Origin: Eledone cirrhosa
Taxonomy: Eukaryota
Direction: 5' to 3'
NCBI GenBank assembly: GCA_964016885.1
Contig: OZ024741.1
Span: 308,760,001-308,824,000, forward strand
DNA length: 64,000 nt
Of this stretch, positions 17,536-31,295 are shown one piece after another. The translations under genes were made by a program, and so were the position numbers. Position 1 is the stretch's first letter; each line of letters starts with the position of its first letter. The notes under the pieces are model-generated. The model saw only the letters and a program-made list of their open reading frames with translations, was not told where the DNA came from and did not search any database.

Positions 17536-17584
<49 letters not shown>

Positions 17585-17799
17585 TCTCTCTCTCTCTCTC
17601 TAACACACATTTTCGCTCTTTCTTATGCGTCCAGTCTCACACACGCACTTTTCCTCTCTCGTCCAGGGTGCTCAAACTTGCACATGCACCCCCCCCCCCT
17701 CACACACACACACACATGCATTCATTCATTCTTTCTCACACATGCTTTCTCTTACCCCTCACAATCTTTCTTTGTGCACGTCGTCGCTCATGCAAGTTT

Positions 17800-17852
<53 letters not shown>

Positions 17853-18412
17853 ACTCACTCACTCACACACACACATACACACACACTCCTTCTCCCTATT
17901 TTTTAAAGTATGAAGCATGTATTTATATATATATGTGTATGTGTGTATGAGGGAGACATGGAAGGAATGAGACAGGCATAGAAAGGTTAAAAGGAAAATA
18001 TTAAGTAGCTGTCTGAGAGAAAAATACTAATAAATACACACGCAGAGGCACACGCGCACAAACATAAACACACACACACACACACACTCACACACACAGA
18101 GAGATAAAGAAAAAACAAAACACATACAGAAATATAACTTAATCTCTAAGAGATTCGCCCACTTATTCCCGAGAGGGTCGTGGGGGCAGAGTCCTCAAAC
18201 ACTCCTTCCAGAGGGTCCTGTCAGAAGCAAACGTCTCCAACTGATCTGACTTGGATCCCCAAGTGAGACCAGCCAAGCTGATGGATGTTATCCTGCCATC
18301 TTGCTCGGGGTCTACCTCTGGGTCTCCTGCCGGTTAGTATATTTAGGACATCCATAAATATACTAACATATGTAAGTAAAAGATAAACAGATATAACAAA
18401 ACAAACGGCACA

Positions 18413-18454
<42 letters not shown>

Positions 18455-18455
<1 letters not shown>

Positions 18456-18650
18456 GGAAGTGTGGTAAGGAACCAGGTGGACCATAACGTACCAGAGTAC
18501 TCGATACTTTGGATAGTAGAGTGGGTAATAGGAAAAAGTTCAGGACCCCGGCGGCAGAGCTCAAGACGTTTCGACGACTATTTCTGTACTAAAATTTTAG
18601 TGCAGAAATAGCCGTTGAAACGGCTTGAGCTCTGTCGTCGGGGTCCTGAA

Positions 18651-18651
<1 letters not shown>
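18455..18651. mobile_element. TA-inserted fold-back element, family B
   Basis: Arms ~18539-18592 and ~18595-18650 are inverted. Homologous copies at 5265-5310, 21795-21930 and 40598-40885 (two copies, inverted); diverged relatives at 7699-7820, 11050-11125 and 36410-36482. Confidence 0.75.
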
Positions 18652-18683
<32 letters not shown>

Positions 18684-18769
18684 TGCATATATAAATTCGA
18701 TAGGTTTCGATCAGGTTTAGCCTAGCCCATATCTAACTTAACAGCACCACCTGGCGAAGTCTTTCAGAT

Positions 18770-20260
18770 TAAGGATTCACAAGTTAGTCATGTTTTGGAC
18801 ATCGTGGCTCACTCTAGTAAAGAGTTGATGTTTTCAGAGACATATCCGGATGTAGGGGGTTTATTTGGGATTTCTTGGAGGAATTTGTCCAGGAAACTTT
18901 TAAATATTATGGGATCTATTTCTGTCTTGATGTATTTTGGTATGATATTAAAGCGAGTAGAACCAGTTGAGGTGAAGTAATTGAGTCGTATCGTTACTAC
19001 GAGCTAGTAGTTTGATTTTGTAGTGGGCAGATAGCACGAGTACCAAGCTTAAAGGTGATACCAACATCATTTGGGCAGTATTGATGAAATATTTTTCACA
19101 TCATACAGATGATGTAGCGCTCGTAGACTCAAATAGTCAAGGCCTATCATGCCAGCTATCTTTTCTGTAATTGACCTCTGGGTGCTTCAATTTTCATAAC
19201 ACTTTGTTTCGTGTTAGGAGACCACAATAGACAACAGTATTCATTGCTCTAGTCCAGAAAGTTCTGAGAATCCAGGAACACATGCTGTGGGTCAAGTCAA
19301 CTTTAGTGTTAATGTGACTGCTCCAGCTTAACCTGTTGTCAACAATTACTCTAAGGTCTCTAATGTTGTTTAATGCCACGAGGGTTACACCTAAGGGAAC
19401 ATAATATAGTAACTAAAATGCAAAGTGGATTAATTCAAATTTATCCTCGTTTAGTAGCATATTGCTTTTTGTCGCCCATTGTATAACAGCAAGTGGATCT
19501 GATTGATGCTTGGAACTATCTACGAAAATTCTTATCTTGCAGTGTTTGATGACATCTATAATGCCATTTATAGAGATAATAAAAAGAAGTGGACCCAACA
19601 CAGTGCCTTGTAGAACTCCACTACTGACTTTAGCTGAACTTGATCGTATTCCTTCGACCACAACACGCTGGGCCAGCGTATCTCCCTTATCATCCTCCGA
19701 GGAAACGCCTTCTCCATTCTGAGAGAGATGGAGGCGATGACAGTGGGAGTTCGGCTCTTCCACGTTCGGACCATATCCTTTTGGTTGTGTTCATTATCTA
19801 TAGAGTTCATTCTCCGGAATCTGCTGGATTATTATAAATGTAAAAGTTGTCCCAAGGAGATGATAAGACAGGCAATATAATACAAACTTTAATTCGCTGA
19901 GGTAGCTTTCCACACACTCAATATATTGAATGGTTTCTTCAACAGGATGTTGTGATTGACCCTGTCAAAAGCCATGCTGAAATCGAAGCAAATAACATCC
20001 GCGTCAGTGCCATCTTCCCAAACTTTTAGGATGACATCAAAGTGATGCCGAAGTCACTCCGTGGCATCACGGAGACCCATGTTGGTTGGAGTTCAGCAAA
20101 TTTTTTTCTTACAAGGAAGTGAGTTATTTGTGATCTCACCACTTTGATGATATGAGAGGTGAGTGAGATTGGACGGTAGTTCAATGCAACAGTTTTGTTC
20201 CCTTTATGGAAGACTGGGACAGGAAATATTCAGGAATATTGCCCGAGTCCAGTGATTTTC
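18770..20260 (-). pseudogene. Degenerate CR1/Jockey-group LINE reverse transcriptase and 3' end
   Basis: NYRPISLTSHIIK, DFSMAFDRV.H, SGVLQGTVLGPLLFII, NEDKFELIHF and RDL.VIVDN.LSW..HI, with frameshifts and an ~200-bp unrelated insert near 19690-19900. Confidence 0.88.
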
Positions 20261-20285
20261 TCCCAAGATTATATATATATATATG

Positions 20286-20391
20286 CAGGGTGTCCCCAAA
20301 AATGTATACACATTTCAACAGCATTCAAATAAATATTGCCTCCTGTACAAGTAATCAGAATGTGTATACATTTTTGGGGAACACCCTTTGT
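20286..20391. mobile_element. ~100-bp Tc1-like MITE
   Basis: TIR cagggtgtccccaaaaatgtataca. Copies at ~6353-6438 and ~46641-46741; a different small Tc1-like element lies at ~15020-15098. Confidence 0.8.
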
Positions 20392-20745
20392 ATGTGTGTG
20401 TGTCTCGGGTTCAAACAAGGATAAGCACAGTAAGTAAGGTTCTCAATACATAGAAGAGTATAGATATTTAATATAGAAATGGCTTCTACACAACTGATTC
20501 ATTAGAAGGAAATCATCAGGAAAGCCTTCATGGCGATTTCATTCGAATGAAACAGTTCTAGTCCGGTAGAAGCCATTCCTATCTCTCTCTTTATATATAT
20601 ATATATATATTAAAATAACAGATTAAAGTTTAAGCAAAAAATCGCTGCTTTCACCCTTAACGGGATATATATTTATCCTTATCGAGCCCTCTTTGGATTT
20701 TAGTCTTCAAATTTATTATTATTACTATATATATATATATAGGAA

Positions 20746-20955
20746 CGATCGACTTTCGTCAAATCGGACCGAGGGAACAATGTTTCCGTTGGTCTTTCCA
20801 ATTGCTAATACTATCTATCGGTCGCAACTCCAGGTAGAAGGAGCAACGTGAAATAAAGTGTCTTGCTCAAGGACATAACGCATCGCCTGGTCCAGGAATC
20901 GAACTCACAACCTTACGATTGCGAATCCAATTCTCTAACCACTCAGCCACACGCC

Positions 20956-20959
<4 letters not shown>
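20746..20959 (-). mobile_element. Second tRNA-derived SINE family
   Basis: A box tggctgagtgg, B box gttcgattcc and the core gtccttgagcaagacactt. Copies at 10826-11020 (-) and 28369-28531 (+); relatives at 37830-38135 and 38430-38748 (-). Confidence 0.85.
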
Positions 20960-20995
<36 letters not shown>

Positions 20996-21048
20996 CACAT
21001 ATACATATATACATATATAATATACATATATACATATATACTATATAT

Positions 21049-21248
21049 NNNNNNNNNNNNNNNNNNNNNNNNNNNNNNNNNNNNNNNNNNNNNNNNNNNN
21101 NNNNNNNNNNNNNNNNNNNNNNNNNNNNNNNNNNNNNNNNNNNNNNNNNNNNNNNNNNNNNNNNNNNNNNNNNNNNNNNNNNNNNNNNNNNNNNNNNNNN
21201 NNNNNNNNNNNNNNNNNNNNNNNNNNNNNNNNNNNNNNNNNNNNNNNN
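21049..21248. other. Assembly gap (200 N)
   Basis: Run of N. Confidence 1.
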
Positions 21249-21449
21249 TTTCTCTCTCTCTCTACTTCTCTTTCTTTCTCTTATATATGCTTTCCAAGAT
21301 TGTCTGGCTTTCTATTTATCCTTGTTTCTCTCTCTCTCTCTCTCCTAACCTCTTTCTCACACACACACTCTCTTTCTCTCTCTCTTTTAACCTCTTTCTC
21401 GCGCACACGCACAAACACACTCGCTCTCTCTCCCCCTCTCTTAACCTCT

Positions 21450-21488
<39 letters not shown>

Positions 21489-21930
21489 CTCTCTCTCTTT
21501 CTCTTAACCTCTTTCTCTCTCGCGCGCACACACACACAAGGTAATCCACTCCTAGTTGAATCTATTTTCTTTTTTTTTATGTTAGTATTTTGTTAGAATA
21601 TTTTTCTCGGAGAAACTTGTTGCATGGTAGTCGAAAGCGAGCAGAAGCATTACAATGCTACAAAAACGATAATGGTAGCATACGTACACGGACACACATA
21701 CATATACACTCACACATTATATATATATATATATAATACATACTTGCCTACACACACACACACACATATATATATATAATATAGGAAAATAGTCGATTCT
21801 AGCTGTCGAAACGGCCGGAGCTCAGCCGTCGGGGTCGCAACTTTTCTCCTATTACCCACTCTACTAACCTAAGTATCGAGTACTCTGGTGCGTTATGATC
21901 CACCTGGTTTCTTACCACATTTTCTTTGTT

Positions 21931-21982
<52 letters not shown>

Positions 21983-22423
21983 GGATGCTTAGTAAAATCG
22001 AATCTTTGGCGGTGTGCAAGCAAATTCGACCTACTATATGAATGAGTAGCAAACCACTCGACAAGGTATATATATATATAAATGTAAGTATGTACACATA
22101 TCAGCTGTGCAAGAGCGAGAAATAAAATTCTAATTTATTCATGCATGGCCGGATGGCTGAAACAGGTAAAAGAGTATATATGTGTGTGTGTGTATGTATA
22201 TTAGACACATAGATACACAGTATATACTTATATGTATGCATGTATGTTTGTATAGTAATAGAGCAATAACATCGTGGTACAGTTGTATTAGCTATCAAAA
22301 CACACACAAAAAACTGTTAAATTCACATGTAAATTTCCATTTATAATTTGTATCTTGGTGTTAAAATTTCTGTCACAGTTCCAATACAGCTTGGTACTTG
22401 ATTGCTATATATGAATGTATATA

Positions 22424-22740
22424 CAGTTGTTCCCCAGTATTCGCGGGAGTTACGTTTCTAGGGCACCTGCGAAGAGTGAAAAACCGCGAATATTGGACGT
22501 GGTCCATAAAAATGCCTATAAACGTCAAAACATAACGTAAAATATAGACCGGCAAATACAGTATATTGTTATTAATAATTTAGGGTTTAAAAGCCTGAAA
22601 AAATATATATTGCTACGAAAAAAATCGCGGAAGATGTTTACGATTCCGCGAATATGCGGTGGTTTCCACGAACAATTATTAGTTAGGTTCTAAGGAAAAT
22701 TCAGCGAATAACCGGAACCGCGAATGTCGGGGGTACACTG
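22424..22740. mobile_element. Tigger/pogo-like MITE
   Basis: TA|cagttgttcccc...ggggtacactg|TA with internal ccgcgaa repeats. Confidence 0.8.
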
Positions 22741-22769
22741 TATATATGCTGATTGTTACTTCTTGTCAG

Positions 22770-23370
22770 ATGAATGCCATCTCTTCATTGAACAGTGCAC
22801 GATCATGTGAATGCAGGTGACTTTTCAGACCCGCTTTTGTTTTGCAGATGTGACACTTGAACTGTCCGTTGGCAATGTTGGCTAAGATATGTCTTCATGC
22901 ATTCTTCCATGCCTGGTCAGTCAACCAGCTGACTTGCAAATTAAACCACACTCACAGCAAATGTACCGTGGAGTATGTGGCGGTAGAACCATATCAGGTC
23001 GCTCGATTTCAGATAATTGACATATCCAGCTCTTGTTAGAAGAAATCGATCACATAGATTGCACCTCAATTCCACATACGAAATGAACGCTTCAAAACAG
23101 CATGCTCCACTCGCTTTTTCTCAAAAACATCACATCCATACTTGACCATCTTTCTCCGTGATGTACGGCCTTCGGCCTGTCTCTCCAAGTTCTCCATATC
23201 AATCTTTAGAGCTTTAAGATTGTCTTTTATGACATCCTTAAACTGCTTCTTTGGTTTTTGTTGTGGCCTTTTCCCCCTGGTCAGCTCTTTATAAAGTAAC
23301 TATTTAGGCAGTCTTCCATCTTCCATCCTAACCGCATGACCAACCCTGTGCATCTGGTTCACAACAATCC
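22770..23370 (-). pseudogene. Degenerate RTE LINE 3' part
   Basis: HAVRMEDGRLPK...ELTRGKRPQQKPKKQFKDVIK and the zinc finger ICKTKAGLKSHLHSH; homologous to 56300-56940. Confidence 0.8.
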
Positions 23371-24040
23371 TCCGCTCAATATATATAGTGGTACTAACAG
23401 CACTCTTATACGGCTCGAAATCATGAACACTTAATCGCCCCTGCATTTACAGACTTGATATCTTTCACTCTATCTGTGGTTATGCACTTTCTGACAGAAT
23501 CTCTAATGCCGATCTCTTCACGAGATGCAACAACGGTGAGATTGAGTCATTTCTGATGCAATCCCTACTCAGATGGGCTTACCATGTCCTACAGACGACT
23601 GAGGGGCACACACCCAAATAAATAAATACATACATACATACATACATACATACATACATACATACATACATACATACATACATACATACATACATAATGT
23701 TGAACGTAATGTAAGCAGACCATTACTCAGATTTAAAAATAAACTGAGATACAATCTCAAATCTGTGAATGTATCTCTCACTTCTTTTGAAGCCCCTGAA
23801 AATAGAGAGCTGTCTGGTTTGAAGGTTTAAAGAACTATGAAAAATCTCGCCTGGTACATAACACCAAGATCCGATCAAATATGCTATCCTGCTTCACTCA
23901 AAATCCTGTCAACTGCACCAAATGCGGCTTGATGTGTAGATCAACAGCTCGAATGAAGTGTCATTTAAGGCAAACACACAAAAATTGAACTACGAAAACT
24001 ATTGAACCTTCATGCGTTGATGCATGACACGAGAGTCCAT

Positions 24041-24135
<95 letters not shown>

Positions 24136-24238
24136 GTGTGTAAATGAAGTAATTCCGTCGGAAAGGTCCAGGAAAATAGAGTGCTCTATGCAGGTTACAG
24201 AGCTTATTAGTTATGTAATAAACAACATAAGATAATTA

Positions 24239-24299
24239 TTTCATTGACCAGTGGTTTCTTGAAAGCAAACAAAATTTGCTTTCAGTCATCAGAATGAAA
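24239..24299 (-). ncRNA. Type I hammerhead ribozyme (GUC site), mirror copy
   Basis: Reverse-complement arm of the 24207-24441 palindrome. Confidence 0.8.
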
Positions 24300-24348
24300 A
24301 AATCCTGGTGTATTTATTGACAGACTGTCAATAAATACACCAGGATTT

Positions 24349-24409
24349 TTTCATTCTGATGACTGAAAGCAAATTTTGTTTGCTTTCAAGAAACCACTGG
24401 TAAATGAAA
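24349..24409 (+). ncRNA. Type I hammerhead ribozyme (GUA site)
   Basis: tttcatt-CTGATGA-c tgaaagcaaa ttttg tttgctttca a-GAAA-cc act gg-TA-aatgaaa: 7-bp stem I, 10-bp stem II, short stem III. Confidence 0.8.
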
Positions 24410-24438
24410 TAATTATCTTATGTTGTTTATTACATAAC

Positions 24439-24488
<50 letters not shown>

Positions 24489-26359
24489 CCTTATATAACA
24501 GTAATCTATGTGGACATTATTGGTGGATTGGCAGTATCGGTAGAGGGTCGGACGTCATGCTTTGACGCATAGAGTTACGGCCCTTTCCATTCTGAGTTCA
24601 AATTCCGCCGAGGTCAAATTTGTCTTTCATCCTTACGGGGTGGATAAAATAAAGTACCAGTAATGTACTGAGTAATTGCTGGCCTTGTGTCAAAAGTAGA
24701 AACAATTATTAAACTGCTACTACTACTACAACCACTACCACTACTGCTACTACTACTACCACTACTGCTACTACTTCAACTACTACCACCACCAACAGCA
24801 GCACCACTACTACTACTACCACTACTACAGCTACAACTACTGCTACTACTACTAGTAACGCCATAATCACATGTAATATAAAAATAATAAAAATAATTAT
24901 AATAACGCCGAAGATGAAAAAAAACATTAACTAAAAGATGAAGTGTGGAGATGGATCTTTTGGGGAGGAAAAAATAATTAAAATTCAAATTGAAATAAGA
25001 AAAAGGAATTTTTATTTATGGACAATTTCATGTGGTGCTGCATACACACAAACATGTACAGAGACACGCACATAGATAAACACGTACACACGTACACACA
25101 CACACATACATACATACATACATACATACATACATACATACATACATACATACATACATACATACATACATACATACATACGTAAATAAATACATAAATA
25201 CATACATACATAAATAAATACATAAATAAATACATAAATACATACATACATACATAAATACATACATACGTACATACATACAAATTAGGAGAAAGAGAAA
25301 CATACATACATACATACATACATACATACATACATACATACATACATACATACATACATACATACATACATACGTGTGTGTGTGTGTGTGTGTTACTGCA
25401 CGTGAGTATGTGTGTAGTGAGACAGACATAAACACGACGAAGATCAATAGAAAGATATTTACATACATTAATATAGTCGTCTGTACCGTAGGGTGGTAAT
25501 AGAGGAGGGGGGGGGGAGCTAAAGCGCTTAGAGACAGTTCCTCACCTGAAGCATCTGATGGTTACAAGGTGTGCTCTCCGCCTCTCTCTATTTCTCTCTC
25601 TCTTCTTAGATTTACATATTCTCAGCTTCATATATATATATATAGGGAGAGAGATATATAGATACATATATATAGAGAGAGATAGATGTGTATGTATATA
25701 TATATATGGAGAGAGATGTATAGATGTATATATATATATATGTGTGTATATATATGTGTTATATATATATATTTCAATTATAATATACGGCTCGGAAATA
25801 TCTCTTTCTTAGAGCTATTTTGTTGTAAGAGGAGACTATTTTGAGTTCCTAACTCAATATATACCTTTGATATATATATATATTAGAAAGGGTCGTTTCG
25901 ACTGCTAATATATATGTGTAGAGATTTATATGAATTTATATACATATGTCTACGATGTTGCACCTCGTTAAGAGATGGTCATTAGAGAGTCTGTCAGAAA
26001 GTGTATAACCACAGACAGAGTGAAGACAACGTTAGTATTAAGACCCGGCTCTCTGCACTAAAACCTGAGTTCAAAACCCACCGGGCTCAACTTTACATTT
26101 CATCCTTTCGAGGTCGATAAAAGAAGTACCAATCCAGCATTTGGGTCGATTTTTTCCTCACTATCTATTTTCTCCCTTTCACTCTTTTTCTTTCTTTGGA
26201 ATAAATCGATTGTGTTCGGACCTGGAGTGAAATAGGCATCTTCAGGTTCAAAATACCTAAGATATGCCGTATGTCATGACGGCGCCTGTAGGACTCCATC
26301 AGGAGTTACGGATCCGTATATAGATATGACTATATATATAGGGCTGTAGAAACTGCAAG

Positions 26360-27095
26360 ACGAAAGTCGATTAAATCGATGCCAGTGCGTTACTGGTACT
26401 TTATTTCATCGACTCCGTAAGGATGAAAGGCAGAGTTAACCACGACGGGATTTGAACTCAGAACGCAAAGGGACGTAAATCACAAAGCAAGCTGCCTGAT
26501 GTCCTACCAATACTGCCAAACCACCGCCCTCTTAAATGTACTAATAATTGTTTCTACTTTTTGGCACAAGGCCAGCAAATACCCAGTACATTACTGGTAC
26601 TTTATTTTATCGACCTCGTAAGGATGAAAGGCAAAGTTAGCCTCGGCGGGATTTGAACTCAGAATGGCAAGGGCCGTATGGTTTCTACTATTGGCACATG
26701 GGCAGCAACTTTGGGGGAGGGGAAATCGATTAAATCGACCCCAGTGCGTGACTAGTACTTTATTTTATCGAGATCGTAAGGATGAAAAGCAAAGTTAACC
26801 TCGGCGGGATTTGAACTCAGAACGTAAAGGGCCATAACTCTGTGTCACAAAGCATTGTGTCCGACGCTCTACCGATTCTGCCAATCCGTCGCCTTCTTAG
26901 ATGTACTAATAATTGTTTCTACTTTTGCTACAAGGCCAGCAATAACACCAGTACATTGCTGGTACTTTATTTTATCGACCCCGTAAGGATGAAAGGCAAA
27001 GTTAACTTCGGCGGGATTTGAACTCAGATAGTAAAGGGGCGAAACTCTATACTGCAAAGCATGGCGTCCGACTATCTACCGATACTGCCAATCCA
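26360..27095 (-). mobile_element. Tandem array of ~4 copies of the same SINE
   Basis: Reverse-complement units; two further plus-strand copies at 27505-27875. Confidence 0.9.
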
Positions 27096-28241
27096 GAATG
27101 CGTAATTTACTAAAGAACAAAATAGTTTTTTTGTAATGAAGAAAGACAGCATGAGTATTTAAGTGGTAAAAATGGGGACTAATCATATTCTGAATTAGTA
27201 TTTACTGCATTCCGAATATGTCATCTGCATATGTTTGACAGATTGTGATACTAGGAGCGGATTACACTACGTTTCGTCGCTGTACTCTTCTGGGATTATT
27301 TTTATAGGCTAGATGTTATATTTTTTTAAAAAAATTAATTCTGTTGAATGTCATATTGAGTTATCATCAAAGTATATTCAAACCATAATATATACATAAT
27401 ATAATGTTATCTAATCCTCGAACTTTCTACGATGAAAGGATATGAAATGCCGAAACAGCTGGTCTGCAGATATAGAAATAATATATTTATTTAAGATAAC
27501 CAGGGGTGATGGATTGGCAGTATCGGTAGAGCGGCGGACAAAATACTTTGCAGTACTTAGTTATGGCCTTTGACGTTCTAAGTTCAGATCCCGCCAAGGT
27601 CAACTTTGCCTTTCACCCTTACGGGGTCGAAACCATTGTTAAATATATACAAAAAGGCGGCAGATTGGCAGTATCGGTAGAGGGTCGGACGCCATGCTTT
27701 TCAGCATAGAGTTACGGCCCTTTATGATCTGAGTTCAAATCCCGCCGAGGTTAACTTTGCCTTTCATCATTACGGGTTCGATAAAATAAAGTAACAGTCA
27801 CGCACTTGGGTCGATTTAATCGACTTTCCCCTCTTCCAACAATTGCTGGTCTTGTGCCTATATAAGAAACCATTCAATATATACAAAAAATAACTCTATT
27901 GCCTTTATTTATTGACTTCTCCGTAGTAATTCACTCCTCTCGCTCAGAATAAAGTTCGTGAACATGAGATGCACAATGTCCAGACGCCAATTGGAAAATG
28001 GTGAATCAAGCCATGTGTGTCCCTCAAACGTATACACAGAATGGTAGAGATTAAGGAAAGGTTAAATGGACATTTTTGCAGGTATATATATATATATATA
28101 TATATAAAGTATTTTCGTAGGAAGGGTAAAGGAAAAGGGGGTGATCTATGTATGCTACAGAGCTATTTAATTATGTAATAAACAACATAAGACAATTATT
28201 CCATTCACCAAAGGAAGTTTCATTTACATGTATATGATATT

Positions 28242-28300
28242 CTGATGAGCGATTTCAGACGTCTCTGTTGAGCTCGTCTGTCTTCGTGAAACGCGCGTAA
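28242..28300 (+). ncRNA. Hammerhead core with palindromic loop III; stem I lost
   Basis: CTGATGA-gcga...cagacg...cgtctg...tcgt-GAAAC-gcgc-GTA, flanked by a 30-bp inverted repeat (28212-28241 / 28318-28347). Confidence 0.65.
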
Positions 28301-28693
28301 CAGGTCGATACACAATAAATATCATATACTTGTAAATGAAACTTCCTCGTTTTTTTAAAGGCGTGTAAAGGCGTGTGGCTGAGTGATTAGAGAATTGGAT
28401 TCGCAACCGCGAGGTTGTGAGTTCGATTCCTGGACCGGGCGATGCGTTATGTCCTTGAGCAAGACACTTTATTTCACGTTGCTCCTTCTACCTGGAGTTG
28501 CGACCGATAGATAGTATTAGCAAATGGAAAATATCTTTATAACAACATATTTATTGCATTATAGATATTTCAAGGATACTAGATTATAGTTTGCTTTCTT
28601 CAGATAAAATACAATATTTGGTGTTAAGATATTGACATACCCAGAGCATGACTTTACAACGTAAGCCAACAATGGGCAGTTTATATATATATA

Positions 28694-28796
<103 letters not shown>

Positions 28797-29184
28797 AATG
28801 AATGAATATCCAAAATGAAAAAGTTAAGACATTTCATTCTTCATAGAAAGAGAGAGAAAACGGGGTGGGGAGCAGAGGAGAACGATCGAGACATGTACAA
28901 AGATTTCCAATATGCAGAAGAAAATAGATTATCTTGTCAATCAGTGTAGTTGAAAATTGACCGTGTGAGGTGGAGAGGGAGGAGGAGGCAAGGATGGAGG
29001 AGGGAGGGGACACAGAGAGGGAGAGAGAGTAGGGATGCTTCTAAGTTGTTTTTTTTATTCCCATCTCATTGCTTTTAAATGAGACGGAATCAGATGAACA
29101 AAACAGAAATGTGTGTGTGTGTGTATGTGTGAGAAAGAGAGAGAGAGAGAGAGAGAGTGTGTGTGTGTTTGTGTATGTGTGTGT

Positions 29185-29241
<57 letters not shown>

Positions 29242-30565
29242 TGTGTGTGTTTGTGTGTGTGTGTGTGTTTGTGTATGTTTGTGTTTGTGTATCTAGAGAT
29301 AAACTGCTCTCTTTATCAGTTTCGGTTTTAGTTATTGTCTTTTTATTTTTATCTTTCTGACATCATGTCTATCAATATAAGAGCTTATGAGTAGCATATG
29401 TGTGAGTTTGTATTTGATTACGTGTGTGTGTGTGTGTGTACATTTCGATACGTTTTGGCTAATATTAACCCAGGTCATATTTGCTAATGTTATTGTATTT
29501 CTAGAGAAAGACACTGCCTATGATTTTCAAATAACTTTGAAAATAATGAAAAAATTAACTAACTTTTTCATTATTGGTTTGATGATTGGATCATAACTTA
29601 ACAAAGATTCTTTCGTAGAATTACAATGGAAGGATTTTAGATAGATATAAACACTTTTACAAAAACTGATTAGTATCATAGAAGCAGGGGTGGTTTCAGG
29701 TGGGTTGGTATCAAAATAGTTGATAAGCATCCCCTAGAGAAGTCTAATTCTCTAAGTGTTTTAAATCTAAGTGTTTTAGAACAGCAAAAATACGGTGAAT
29801 TGGCAGTATTGTTAGTGTATGGGATTAAAAATTCCTCGGTATATGTTCCAATTCACTGCATTCTGAGTTCAACTTTGCCTTTTATCATTTCCAGGTCGAT
29901 AAATAAAGCACCAGTCCAGTATTATTAGAGTCGATTCTTCCCCTATCTCCTTCCCTAGATGAAATCGGATGCGTTCCGGCCTGGACCCCACCAAGTTTAA
30001 ACTGCATAAGACCCGCCGTATGTCTGGACAGCGCCCCTTCGACTTCACCAAGAATTAAGAGCCCTTTACTTTCAGGACAGCATAGCTCAAATGAGTCTGG
30101 AGTTTTGTATCAGAATTTCCATGGTTTATATTGTGGTTCGTAAGGGAATCCGTCCAGTTACCGTTTGAAGGTTACAGTGCCTTTTTTTTTCTTCCTTGAA
30201 TCTTTCTTTGGTCGGTCAAGCCCCAGAAGCAGGGACGGCTCAACAGTAATATCGAAGTCCTGTGGAATTGTTGAAGAGGGTCTTTTTCTTCCGTGAACCT
30301 TTCTGTGGTCTGTAAACTTCTGAGATGGAGGAGTGGCATAAAAATGTAATACCTAAGTTGCCTGAGTTTGTTGAGAAAATGTTTTTGTTTTCCTTTGAAT
30401 CTTTTGGTCATCAAACACCTGAGCGGAGGGCACAAAAGACTGACCTTTAAAAAACGTGAGTTCCGTTGGCAAATTTAATTATAGAACCGACGTCTTTGTT
30501 AGTCAAATTGCCTTTTATCTTTTCGAGGTCGATAAATTAAGCACCAGTCCAGTAATGGAGTCGAT

Positions 30566-30643
<78 letters not shown>

Positions 30644-30966
30644 TCTATCAAGTGTGGAACGCTTAAGACACGTTGCGTGTCAGGGCAGTGGTCCTACAAC
30701 TCCAGCAGGAATTAATTGCCTTTTTTGTTAGTGAAAAGGCTAGGAACCACTGTTCAATATTGTAAACCAGAGACATAAAAAGATGCTGCTGCTGTTTTTC
30801 GCAGATCAATCGTCACCGAGGAGGAGAAGGTGTTCCAAAAGTGCCGCAAAAACTAAGTCTCAGTCTCCCTCAAAAGTGCTAAAAGAGAGAGAGATGGGTG
30901 GATACGGGGAGTACATTGTACTCGAGCGTGGGTAGTTTCCTGGTAACTCAGAAAATGTTTTATCTA

Positions 30967-31045
30967 TTAGGTTGTAACATAAATTCCCGCCGTTTTGTTA
31001 TTGAGAAGTCTTATAACAACGGCGGGAATTTATGTTACAACCCAA
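30967..31045. mobile_element. 79-bp mariner-type MITE
   Basis: 28-bp TIRs ttaggttgtaacataaattcccgccgtt and a TA TSD. Confidence 0.85.
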
Positions 31046-31295
31046 TATATTGAAGACTAAATATAGAAAGGCGACGAGAAAAAAAAAAAAAGACTTTGTG
31101 ATAAAATTCCTCTTAGATACACTGTCCATTAGCTTGACATGTGATTCAGTGATCTGGGGATGGGGGCAGTCAGGAGTATTTTATAGATTCCTGGAAGAAT
31201 GAAAAGTTTGGTCTGGGTAGGATTTGAACTGGAAAAGTAAGGGTAGAAAAGTAAGGGTACGTAACTAAATACCGGATGAATCGCAATTATTATTA

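Larger units (their letters stand above)
24207..24441. repeat. Near-perfect palindrome, 117-bp arms, 1-nt loop
   Basis: Centre tgacag-a-ctgtca at 24324; one mismatch between arms. Confidence 0.95.

Noticed and set aside
20863-21348. 161-aa ORF
   Set aside because: It spans a SINE, a microsatellite and the N gap.
28369-28440. tRNA gene
   Set aside because: A and B boxes are present, but the cloverleaf is imperfect and runs into a SINE body present in multiple copies.
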